NCBI GenBank assembly: GCA_964016885.1
Contig: OZ024743.1
Span: 344,100,001 to 344,164,000, forward strand
Direction: 5' to 3'
Origin: Eledone cirrhosa
Lineage: Eukaryota
DNA length: 64,000 nucleotides
Position 1 is the first letter of the stretch. Every line of letters begins with the position of its first letter. Below the pieces are notes generated by a model, which saw only the letters and a program-made list of their open reading frames with translations, was not told the DNA's origin and ran no database searches. Shown one piece after another: positions 52,641 to 64,000 of the stretch. A program made the position numbers and the translations under genes.

Positions 52641-53087
52641 TGATTTATTGTTTACACTGACTAACTGAAATTAAAATAAGACATTAAACGTATTCTGTAG
52701 TTTGTTCAATCACATACATGAGTGTGTGTCCATGAAACATAAACAAATACATAAGGTCTTAAAACAAAAGAACCAAACTCCCACTGGCATTGCCCCCGTC
52801 TCTCCTATTCTCCACATCTCTCACAATTATGAGCAAAACGGGTGGACATTAACTAGAGATTTTGAGGAAAATGTCCCCCAATATTCTTTGTATTGAAATA
52901 AAGGCCAGGTTAAATCCTTTTGAGGCTCTAAACACTTAAAAATTATGACGGCTCCCATTTATAAAGTCTGTTTTGGAATGACAAATATATTTAATTTGAA
53001 TAAAATCCTTGATGCTCTAAGCATGTGTTATTTTGCTTAATCGTTAATCCATCTACGGTTGGAACTTATGGATATACTCAACATAAG

Positions 53088-53118
<31 letters not shown>

Positions 53119-53400
53119 CTTCTTCTTCTTCTTCTTCTTCTTCTTCTTCTTCTTCTTCTTCTTCTTCTTCTTCTTCTTCTTCTTCTTCTTCTTCTTCCTG
53201 AGAGGTTCGTGAGGGCAGTCCCCAAACACTCCTTCCAGCGGGCCCTGTCAGAAACAACTGTCTTCAACTGATCCGCAAGCAAGTCCAGCCAAGCTCATGG
53301 ATCTTGCTCGAGGTCTTCTCCTCGGACTCCTGCTGGTGTGGTTTTGCACATAAATGTTTTTAAATATTTGCACCAGGTCTGCCATCCTTACGAATGGTAT
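53088..53400 (-). mobile_element. RTE-type LINE 3' remnant with (GAA)n tail
   Basis: LKTVVSDRARWK followed directly by a long (GAA)n tract. Confidence 0.5.
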
Positions 53401-54305
53401 TGCGTGTTCGTTTAGAAGCTACTAATAAAGTTTCAAGAATTTTTGTCGTTTAGAGGTTCACCCAAAGTAACATATTTCCCGCTCCACAAATACACACAAC
53501 AACATAGTGCAATATATTTGTAACACCTGAGTAAGACCACACACCTCAGAAGGCGGCCCATGGTGGGCGTAGCTTTGAAGGAGAAAGCACAGTTCCAAAA
53601 CAAGAAGATATTTTGAGGCACGTAGCCACCCATAACATTTGTACTCCACTATTTTTGGATAGAGAAATACACAGCTGATGTTAGTAGTGTGTGATTCTAG
53701 AGGAATTTGGCTGCTTATTCTAGAAGATCGAACCATATGGTAAAGGTTCACTCAATGGATCTTTATGAATATATTGTATATTTCGGTAAAATTTCAATTT
53801 CATGGTAAAGTAAGATTCTCTGAGATGATAAATACGTTTAGTAGAATAAGTACTTATAATAAGAAATGATTTTTGAGAAAGAGATAGATAGATGTATAGA
53901 TAGATAGTGTGTGTGGGAGAGAGAAAGAAAGCGAGAAAGAGAGAGGGAGATTGAGAGAGAGAGAGAATGAGAGAGAGATGGAGAGAGTGAGAAAGACAGT
54001 GAAATGGCGAGAGAGATAAATGGATAGACTGAGAGAGGAAGAGAGAAAGAGTGGAAGAGATACATATGGAAACGGAGTGGGAGAGAGAAAGAAGGGTAGA
54101 AAGGGTAGAAAGGTAGAATGTGGTAGAGGTAGGAAGAGGGAGAGGGTGAGGTAGAGAGACAGAGAGACATAAAAAAGGATCTGATGAAGCAGCTTCATAT
54201 CTTTTCATCGGCTGAAAGAATTTGGGAATTTTTTGATTTTAATGCAATTTACCAAAGATAAAACGAGTAATACGAAAACACAGAAAGACATAGATACATG
54301 CACAT

Positions 54306-54406
<101 letters not shown>

Positions 54407-54858
54407 GACACTTGGTTAAGAATCCACATAGGCATATGCATACACACACGCACATATACACTGTTCGGTTACATAAATACACAAACACTCTAATATGATA
54501 TGATATGATATATATTTATGTATACATATATATATAAGTATGTACACGTACATACATATATGTATACAGACGTACAGTAGTATGTATATATATATACATA
54601 CATGCACACACATATATATATGTAAGTATGGATTCACCGAACATTTATTATAATGTACATACTTATATTTTAAGTGTACATACTTATATTTAGGTAACAG
54701 CCGTACTAAGAGTAGGAAATGAAATTTCGTTTCATTTTTTCCGTTTATCGTTTTCGGTGCACCCAGCCGATTAACCCACTCGATATGCAAATTGGGCTAC
54801 TCAGCCGTTAATATGCATAAGGTAAGTATATACGTTCAACAATCTGGCAGGAAGGTAT

Positions 54859-54901
54859 ACGTTGCTGACGATAGCTAATAAGCTTGAAACTAGTACAGCG
54901 T
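54859..54901 (+). ncRNA. Apparently intact minimal type I hammerhead motif
   Basis: ACGUUG CUGACGA U-AGCU-AAUA-AGCU-U GAAA CUAG UA CAGCGU; 6-bp stem I, palindromic ACUAGU stem III, GUA triplet. Confidence 0.75.
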
Positions 54902-55407
54902 TCCTTTGTCAGTGTTGAACAAACGAGCAACGATGGTTGCTGGACACTACGGCTTAATACGGGATGTTTGTTTACAAACACACGGAGCATTATAATAAAT
55001 GTTCGGTGAATCCGTACGTACATATATATGTGTGTGCATGTATGTATATATATATATACATACTACTGTACGTCTGTACACATATATGTATGTACGTGTA
55101 CATACTTATATTTAAGTAACAGCCGTACTAAGAGTGAGAAATGAAATTTCGTTTCATTTTTTTCGTTTATATATATATATATATATATGTATTAATAAGG
55201 TAATGAATTCTTTTACAATGGAATCAGCTCGAAGGAGGAAAATACCCACTGAGCAGTGTATAAATTAATATGTATGACTGTTATTAATATGTATGACTGT
55301 TATTTCTAGCAGTACGGTTATGAGACTAGTTAGATACTGTAAAACCATGTGCGTCACGCAGTCTTTAAAATTATTTAGAAGTGAAGCATATCAATTTGTC
55401 TCTGGAT

Positions 55408-55469
55408 GTTTACTGAGGAGAGCAGGACATGATATTCCTACACTTATTTAACTCGAAACATATTTGGAT
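55408..55469 (+). ncRNA. Degenerate hammerhead motif
   Basis: GUUUA CUGAGGA GAG...CUC GAAA CAUAUU UGGAU. Confidence 0.4.
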
Positions 55470-55710
55470 CTTAAAGTTTAAACTTATCTACGGAACAGGT
55501 TTGATTTTGAAATTTAAATGTGTCTAAACATCACGGCCTCTTGGCAATACAGTTCGTCTTCGTTGATTTATTATTTTAAATCGATATGGACAAACTGTAG
55601 TATAATAATTAGTATACTTCAATCTGGCTAAATTTTTCTTTGCAATATATATACAGATGTGTTGGTATCTGTGTTTCATCACATACATATTAATTTATAT
55701 ATATATGTAT

Positions 55711-55797
<87 letters not shown>

Positions 55798-56153
55798 CAT
55801 ATACATATATATATATATATATAAAATAAGGACGAGTGGTTACTCCTTCATTATGTTTATTGGTTGGTGACGCGCGTTCCGCCACTGATCAGCTCAAGGT
55901 TCGATCTGTATCGATCTAGCCCGACTCAGTAATCCACGGCTCGTCCCTGGATATATATATATATATATATTTATTTTGAAGGGTTTTTGATATGAAATCG
56001 TGTTGAAACAACTATTGTTATACTCCATCATCAGACTGATGATGTTGCAGATATGCAACGAAAGAACTTTGTTAGACTATATATATATATATCTGTATTT
56101 TTAACCGTTGGTCAGTCAATAATAAACATTGAATTTACTATGCATACCTATGC

Positions 56154-56828
56154 AACTTAGCTGAGAATAGACTTCCCTGATGACGAAAGGACTTCTCCGT
56201 GCGTTTCTTCGGAAACCATGTTTATTCTTTTTCAGAAACTAATTAGTTGGAGTGAAATTTTAGTAAGTAAGTTAATTTTTATAATTTTCTTATTTTACGT
56301 CTTTCATATTATTGTTCTGCATCCCCATGCATTGAACCACAAAGTTACTAAGACAAAACCTATATATTTGCTGGCATAGGTATGCATATGTATATATATG
56401 TTGGTAGATATACTAATTCTTTATAATTATATCCAAATTATTTTGTTGAGCCAAAATTTGCCAAAACTGCTACTATAGTTCATAGTAATAGTTCGGCTAC
56501 TGTCTTCTTAACACTCCACTCCTCACTGACTAACCTCGATGTCACGTGATTGATTCTTTTGAATTTGCCACTGACCGAGTAGGCAGTGATTTCTTCAATG
56601 TCTTGGAACTTAGTCCACGCTTTGCTTTTTTCCATCCACTGAATTATTTTTGTATAAGTTCCCTGTGTCTACGCATTGCCTGGAAACTTAGCTGAGAATA
56701 GACTTCCCAGATGACGAATGGAATTCTCCGTGCGTTTCTTCGGAAACCATGTTTATTCCCTTTCAGAAACTAATTAGTTGGAGTGAAATTTTAGTAAGTT
56801 AATTTTTATAATTTTCTTATTTTACGTC

Positions 56829-56836
<8 letters not shown>
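56154..56836 (+). mobile_element. ~155 bp direct repeats (56154-56309; 56685-56836), each with a hammerhead-like core, flanking ~375 bp
   Basis: CUGAUGA CGAA...UUCG GAAA CCAUGUU in copy 1; CAGAUGA in copy 2; ends in (TA)n. Confidence 0.65.
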
Positions 56837-56886
<50 letters not shown>

Positions 56887-57060
56887 CGAAGGAAGTGTGG
56901 TAAGGAACCAGAGGCACCATAACGCACCAGAGTACTCAATACTTAGGGTAGTAGAGAGGGTAATAGAAAAATGTACAAGAATTGTACATTTGACTGGAAT
57001 ACTCGTCGAAAAAACACATTATTTGGTGGTGGTGATGGTGTTAGTGTTGCTGGTGTTAAT

Positions 57061-57239
57061 AATTATTTCTACTTTAGGCACAAGGCCAGCAATTACCCAG
57101 TGCATTACTGGTACTTTATTTTATCGACCCGGTAAGGATGAAAGGCAAAGTCAACCTCGGCGGGATTTGAACTCAGATCGTAAAGGGACGTAACTATGCT
57201 GGAAAGCATGGCGTCCGACCCTCTACCAATACTGCCAAT
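57061..57239 (-). mobile_element. SINE with target-site duplication GTGTTAATAAT
   Basis: Unit match; the 11-mer is on both flanks. Confidence 0.9.
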
Positions 57240-58107
57240 GTGTTAATAATGATGATGGTGTTGATGATAATGATGTTGACGATAGTGGTCATTGCTGTTG
57301 TTTAGCCCCTTTTCAGCCCAGATAAAGAACTTCCATGGTCAAAGACATCCCAGTTATGACAATACTAACTTTTTGATGTGTATTAAAATGGAGCTCCACC
57401 GGATTCCGATAACGAGTGTTCCAATTATTTGGTTAACGGAATGGCCACCCTGTGAACTTAGTGGTTTAACGGGTTGGGTATTGAGCAGAAGAATGTAACC
57501 GTAACGTAATTCTCGGGGAGTATTCCATAGAAGCATGAACCCATAAGATAATTATCTGATAGATTCTTTGAATTAGAGACAGTCCATTCAACGGGTTTAA
57601 CATGGATTGGGTGGACCTGAGGCTGTGATCAAAGTACTTCTACAAGATACTACGTAATGTGTACGAATCCAGAAACTTATGATCGTGAAGCGAAATTCTA
57701 AAACATTCCATCAGGCTGCGTCCATGAGGTGAGAATATATCAAAGGCTACCTTCCTTATTTAGGGCGGTAGGAGGGTTTTTTTTTTCAGAATTGTTCAGC
57801 TTCTATTTCTAGCAGGTTGAGTGATAACTTAGATGGTGGATGTGATGGAGATTGGGTTACTGTAGGCTTTATTGGCAGAGTGAAGAATAGGGAGAATGAT
57901 GGTGAAGTTGTTGCTGTTTCAACTAAGGGGGCTCATGATGATAAAGATGATCATGATGAAGTGGAGGATTATGTTAATGTTGATGAGGATGATGAGCGTG
58001 GTGATGATGATGACATTGATGATAAGGGTGATGGTGTTGTAAATATTTGGCGGTGATGTTTGTTGTGATGATAATTGTAGGGATATTGATGGTGATGATG
58101 GTGATGA

Positions 58108-58450
58108 TGGTAGTAGTAGTAGTAGTGGTAGTAGTAGTAGTAGTAGTAGTAGCAGTAATAGTAGTAGCAGTAGTAGTAGCAGTAGTAGTAGTAGTAGTTA
58201 TAGTAGTAGTAGTGGTAGTAGTAGTAGTAATAGTAGTAGCAGTAGTAGTAGAAGTAGCAGTAGTAGTAGCAGTAGTAGTAATAGTAGTAGTAGTAGTAGC
58301 AGTAGTAGTAGTAGTTATAGTAGTAGTAGTGGTAGTAGTAGTAGTAGTAATAGTAGTAGCAGTAGTAGTAGTAGTAGTAGTAGTAATAGTAGTAGTAGTA
58401 GTAGTAGTAACAGTAGTAGTAGTAGTAGTAGCAGCAGTAGTAGTAGTAGC

Positions 58451-58485
<35 letters not shown>

Positions 58486-58659
58486 CAGTAGTAGTAGTAG
58501 TTATAGTAGTAGTAATAGTAGTAGTAGTAGTAGCAGTAGTAGTAGTAGTAGTAGTAGTAGCAGTAGTAGTAGTATTTATAGTAGTAGTAGTGGTAGTAGT
58601 AGCAGTAGTAGTAGTAGTAATAGTAGTAGTAGTAGTAGTAGCAGCAGTAGTAGTAGTAA

Positions 58660-58692
<33 letters not shown>

Positions 58693-58740
58693 CAGTAGTA
58701 GCAGTAGTAGTAGCAGTAGTAGTAGTAGTTGCAGTAGTCG
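58108..58740. repeat. (AGT)n/(AGC)n trinucleotide tract; (AAT)n at ~59320-59830 and (TATG)n at ~60120-60600 follow
   Basis: Seen directly. Confidence 0.95.
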
Positions 58741-59355
58741 GTGATAATTGTGGTGTGTGTGTGTGTGTGTGTGTGTGTTGGCGCTCATTGAAGTAATGAC
58801 GATGGTGATGATGATGATGATGGCAATGGCGATCATGATAATGTTGCTGGCGAGAATGGTGATGCTGATGAAAACGATGGTAATGATGCTTATTATTACG
58901 TTGATGGTAAATCTAGCGTTGAAGACGGCGGCGGCGGCGTCAGAGTAAAGTGTGAAATGATTTGTGGTAGGGAAAGATAGGGGTTTAAGAGGCACAACAC
59001 TGGAGCTTCCCCTCTGATCTTTCAACATGATAAAGAGGTTTCGGTAAATGTTTGGTGAAAGCGTCGGTGGGGGATGGTTGTTCTGCAGTGAATGTGTGAG
59101 TGGGAGAGGAGGGGGAGGAGGAAGAGAAAGGGTTAGGGAGGAGGAGGTGAGAAGTTGAATGTAACATTTAAAATTGAAAAGTGTAAAGTGACAAGTGAAA
59201 AATGATTTTTTTAAAATTTATTTTTATGTGTCAGTTGTTTTGTTTTGTTTTGTTTTGTTTTTTTAAAATTAATTTTACTTAATTTTACAGAAATCTATGA
59301 AAGGCAAACACTCAAATAATTATAGTAATAATAATAATAACATGGTAATAATAAC

Positions 59356-59387
<32 letters not shown>

Positions 59388-59413
59388 TTTCTTTTACTTT
59401 ATTATATATATAT

Positions 59414-59467
<54 letters not shown>

Positions 59468-59703
59468 GTGATGATGACGATGATGATAATGATGACAACA
59501 ACAATATCAATAATAGTAATAATTATAATAATGATGATAATAAATATAATAAGAACGTTAACTCTGATGATGGTAACATCAACAACAAAAATAATAACTA
59601 TATTTAAATAAAATACTAAAGACAAATACAACAACAGCAATAACAATAAACACAACAATAATGTATAAAAATATATTCAACAACAACAACAACAATAATG
59701 ATG

Positions 59704-59781
<78 letters not shown>

Positions 59782-60587
59782 TACTAATAATAATAATTAG
59801 AAAATGATAATGATAATAATAACAATAACAATAACAACAACAACAAGAACACCAACGAAAAATCGGAAATCTTAATTGAATTTTGAATTTGATTTTAAAT
59901 GTTAAAAAAAGAAAATTCAAGACAAACAGAAGAGAAAGGAAAATTGAAGAAAATGGAAGAGAGAAGAGAAACTCCGTGCGAATTTCATTAGCAAAATGGC
60001 GAATGTTTCATTGATAGATTTTTAACATTAATTATTCAATAATTTTCAGCGAAATTCAAACACTTTTATGTTTTGTTATATTTGTTTCGTTCGTCACTGA
60101 TTTTTTTTGGTTTTAATCATTATATGTATGTGTGTATGTGTAGGTATGATTGTGTAGGTATGATTGTGTGTATGTATGTATGTATCATTGTTTGTATGTA
60201 TGCATGCGATGTATGTATGTATATGTATGTGTGTATGTATCATTGTTTGTATGCATGTGTATGTATGTATGTATGTATGTATGATTGTTTGTTTGTATGT
60301 ATGTATGATTGTTTGTATGTATGTATGTATGTCTGTATGTATGTATGATTGTTTGTTTGTATATATGTCTGTATGTGTGCATGTATGTATGTATGTATGT
60401 ATATGTATGTATGTATGCATGCATGTATGATTGTTTGTATGTATGTATGTATATATATGTACATATGTATGACTGTTTGTATGTATGTATGTATATGTAT
60501 GTACATATGTATAATTGTTTGTATGTATGTATGTATGTATGTATATATGTATATGGGCATGTATGGATGCCTGTATGGATGCCTGTA

Positions 60588-60627
<40 letters not shown>

Positions 60628-60999
60628 CACACACACACCCACCCACACACATATATATATATATATGTATATATATAATATGCGCTCGCGCGTGTATTTA
60701 CATTTTTATTTTCAGAATGTTAATTTATGTTTTTATTTCATTATTTAGGTTTTGCTTCCTTTCGTTTCCAATAGTCTTTTTTTTTACATGTATTATCGTT
60801 GCTGTTCTTCTGTATCCCCCGCCCTCATGATTTCTGTTCCTCCCCTTCTCTCTTCCTTTTTTAAAGTTATTTATTGATAAGGACTTTTCAAACCCTTTAC
60901 TGTTTCATCGTTGCTAATTTCTCACAAGTTGCCAATCATCAAACTAACTGCAAAAGACGCATTGGCATGATGCTATATTGTTGTCGTTGCTGCTTTTAT

Positions 61000-61680
61000 T
61001 ATTAATGCACTGGGTCTGGCCTTGTGCCTAAAGTAGAAACAATTATTAATGCACTGGGTAATTGCTGGCCTTGTGCCAAACGTAGAAACAATTATTATTA
61101 TGGGTGGGGGATTAGCAGTATCGGTAGAGCGTCGGACACCATGTTTTGCAGCAGCATAGAGTTGCGCCCCTTTATGATCTGATTTCAAATCCCACTGAAG
61201 TTAACTTTGCCTTTCATCCTTACAGCCTGTAATACAGGGTCGATAAAAGAAAGTACCAGTTACGCACAGGGGTCGATTTAATCGACAATCCCCTCCCCCA
61301 AATTACTGGCCTTGTGCCTATATAAGAAACCATTATTATTATTAAGGGTGGATTGGCAGTATCGGTAGAGGGTCGACGCCATGCTTTCCAGCATAGTTAC
61401 GTCCCTTTACGATCTGAGTTCAAATCCCGCCGAGGTTGACTTTGCCTTTCATCCTTACGGGGTCGATAAAATAAAGTACCAGTAATGCACTGGGTAATTG
61501 CTGGCCTTGTGCCTAAAGTAGAAACAATTATTATATAGGCATAAGGCCAGCAATTTGGGGGGAAGGGAAAGTCGATTAGATCGACCTCAGTACGTGACTG
61601 GTACTTTATTTTATCGACCCCATAAGGATGAAAGCATTGGATAATTGCTGGCCTTGTGCCAAATGAAGAAACAATTATTA
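61000..61680. mobile_element. SINE pile-up: two full + copies, several 3'-only pieces and one inverted piece
   Basis: GGCCTTGTGCC recurs five times; long and short variants are both present. Confidence 0.85.
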
Positions 61681-62029
61681 GTATTAAACTTTGTTGTTTG
61701 GCCTGAGAAGACGTGCAATTTAAAGCTGCGTTAGGTTTATGGATTTAAATGGTGTATTTTGTGTTTTGCTATAATTGTTTTGCTCAAAAGAATCATAAAG
61801 CAACCATCTTTGCTTTGTGCAAAGGTAACCCTAAATATTTGGGCCTTGAGCCCAAATATTTGAAATTTACTTTGGGTAAAATATTTGTTCTTCGTAAAAA
61901 AAAACATGGACGGATACACCACCCTGTGTTGAGCTAGCTGTCACGTGACAACAGCTCAAACATTGAGGAGAGACACTGCTTTCGGCCATTATGAACACTG
62001 CGACTACTACCACCACAACAAGCAACGTT

Positions 62030-62062
<33 letters not shown>

Positions 62063-62086
62063 CAATCATGGCAAATCGTGTATGGG

Positions 62087-62260
62087 ACCTGAAGGATAAA
62101 ATGATTCCATATACGATTAAAAAGGACATGGACAAATCACACCTTTATAGGAAAGGAACACGGAGGTTTTCACTTTGCACAAGTGAAAAATTTAGAACAT
62201 TGTAGGGTCTGAAATCCTCTGATAAATATCTAAATGCTAAAATGAGTTTTCCAGAGCATA
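62087..62260 (+). mobile_element. Penelope-like GIY-YIG C-terminal remnant
   Basis: ANRVWDLKDKMIPYTIK...YRKGTRRFSLCTSEK...KYLN resembles the PLE pattern W.LK...I.Y.IKW...Y..G...C.LC..EK...LN. Confidence 0.6.
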
Positions 62261-63054
62261 ACCCTATATTAGATTGCAACTCCTCTCACCGTGGAAGAAC
62301 ACAGGCCCGGACACACAAAATACCACCATCCTAGAACAGCTTTAATCCACAAACCTGTCTTAGGTATATAAATACATCACACTACGTCCAAATACAATAA
62401 GCACAATAAGCTACATAAATGAATAATACATACGCCAATAACAAAACACATACTACACTCGATCTCGATATAGATTAAATACAAATCGGATCTATATGCA
62501 CACACACACACTTTCCACTAGAAACAGTTAATTAGCAATTATATACACAAGACATATAACAGCTGCATTTCTTCAGGAAATATAAGAAAGAATAAAGTTT
62601 ACCAAATTCAGATAAGAATAGACACAATATCAGATATTGAGCGTAAAGCAAGCATGTAAGAAAGACTGTACATGGAATGGTTGTTACAGCGTAACTCAGG
62701 CAATTATTTAACAGGCTACTTTAAAAAGAAAAACACCGTCAAATTCGACAACACCGCTTTACAATTTTCGAGTTTGCCGCGTGAAATCAAATCTTCGAAG
62801 TTTTGAATTTTCGAATGCTTATTACTAACAACATAATATGAGGTCAACCAATTCGACTCTCTACGCGTATTGGAACTTCGAACCTGGTTAATATTAATGA
62901 TAATTTATGTATGCTTCTTATATCTTTTTACGCGAAATTCTTATCGCTGCCTGTTAATTTCGTTTCGCTCCTCCACTTTTCTCATTCCTACCTATCTATT
63001 TTATCTAATCAACAACAACTATTCTTCTAACTACATATGGAAAACATAATAATA

Positions 63055-63240
63055 ATTGTTTCTACTTTTGGCACAAGGCCAGCAATTATCCCAGTGTATT
63101 ACTGGTACTTTATTTTATCGACCCCGTAACGATGAAAGGCAAAGTTTACCCTATGCGCGATTTGAACTCAGACCATAAAGGGCCGTAACTCTAAGCTGCA
63201 AGGCATGGTGTCTGACCCTTTATCGATACCGTCAATCCAA
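63055..63240 (-). mobile_element. SINE with target-site duplication AAACATAATAATAAT
   Basis: Unit match; flanking duplication. Older degenerate copies lie at ~63350-63640. Confidence 0.85.
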
Positions 63241-64000
63241 ACATAATAATAATAATATTATGAATAACAATTAAGTAATGCTTTTTACTTCACCCTATAA
63301 TCCCAACTTTGAACATTACTGAGAAAAAAGAGTACTTAATATCGAAGTAGAGTTTTAGTAATCTAAAGGCCGAGTCTGAAGGATTATATCTACCAGTCAA
63401 GTAGCCCCCGTGAGATTTAAAAACTCGGATCACAAAGAATTAGAACTCATAGGGCAAGGCATCTCGCTCGACAACTCCGTAAATCAGTCGACCTGGATTA
63501 ACTATTTAACTTATCGGGACAGAACGAATGAAAAATAAAGTTGACCTTGGTAGGATTTAAACTCAGAGTTTAGAGAACCGGAACAAATACAGCTAGTAAT
63601 TTTGATCTACGCTCTTTGCAAATCATCCAATTCGACGCGTAATGTTGTTACTGATGTAATTTAGCTTCCGGACAGCCTTGATGGTAGTGGCGGTGTTGGT
63701 AGCCGATATCTGATAGTAATGGTCATTGAATGGTAGTTGGTGTGTGATGATAGCAGGTTAGTGATGGTAGTTGGTATGTGATGGTACTTAATGTGACAGT
63801 AGCGGCGGTATGATAATAGTAGTGGTAATGGAAGCAAATAATGTGAGAGGGTTACTGTGGGAGGATAGTGGTAATGTGATGGTGGTGGGGGATGGTGTGG
63901 TAGCGGTGGTGTGATGGTGTTGTTGGTGGTGGTGTGATGGTAGTGGTAGTGAGATTGTGGTGGTAGTGGGATGGTACTGTGATGGTAGTGTTAGTTTGAT

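Overview
Repeat-dominated, AT-rich eukaryotic DNA with one 200-N gap (5363-5562). It is most likely an octopod cephalopod, inferred from recall of the abundant ~190 bp tRNA-derived SINE; this was not checked against a database. I found no convincing intact host gene, and most listed ORFs are microsatellite artefacts. Real content: an L1/Tx1-type LINE; several R4/Dong-type restriction-like-endonuclease (RLE) LINE copies of two subfamilies, all but one older remnant sitting in (CATA)n; a non-autonomous LTR element; Helitron and MITE derivatives; RTE fragments; Penelope-like element (PLE) remnants; over 20 SINE copies; and minisatellites. Two signals stand out. (1) One Dong/R4 copy (42367-44125) carries dense, strand-specific A->G changes relative to two sibling copies in the same window. 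This is the expected footprint of an ADAR hyper-edited RNA that was reverse-transcribed into the genome. (2) About a dozen type I hammerhead ribozyme motifs lie mostly in (TA)n-flanked elements, several of them fold-backs. Three unrelated families use a compensatory U3:A8 core (UUGANAA) that a standard CUGANGA search would miss. All counts and folds were done by eye.
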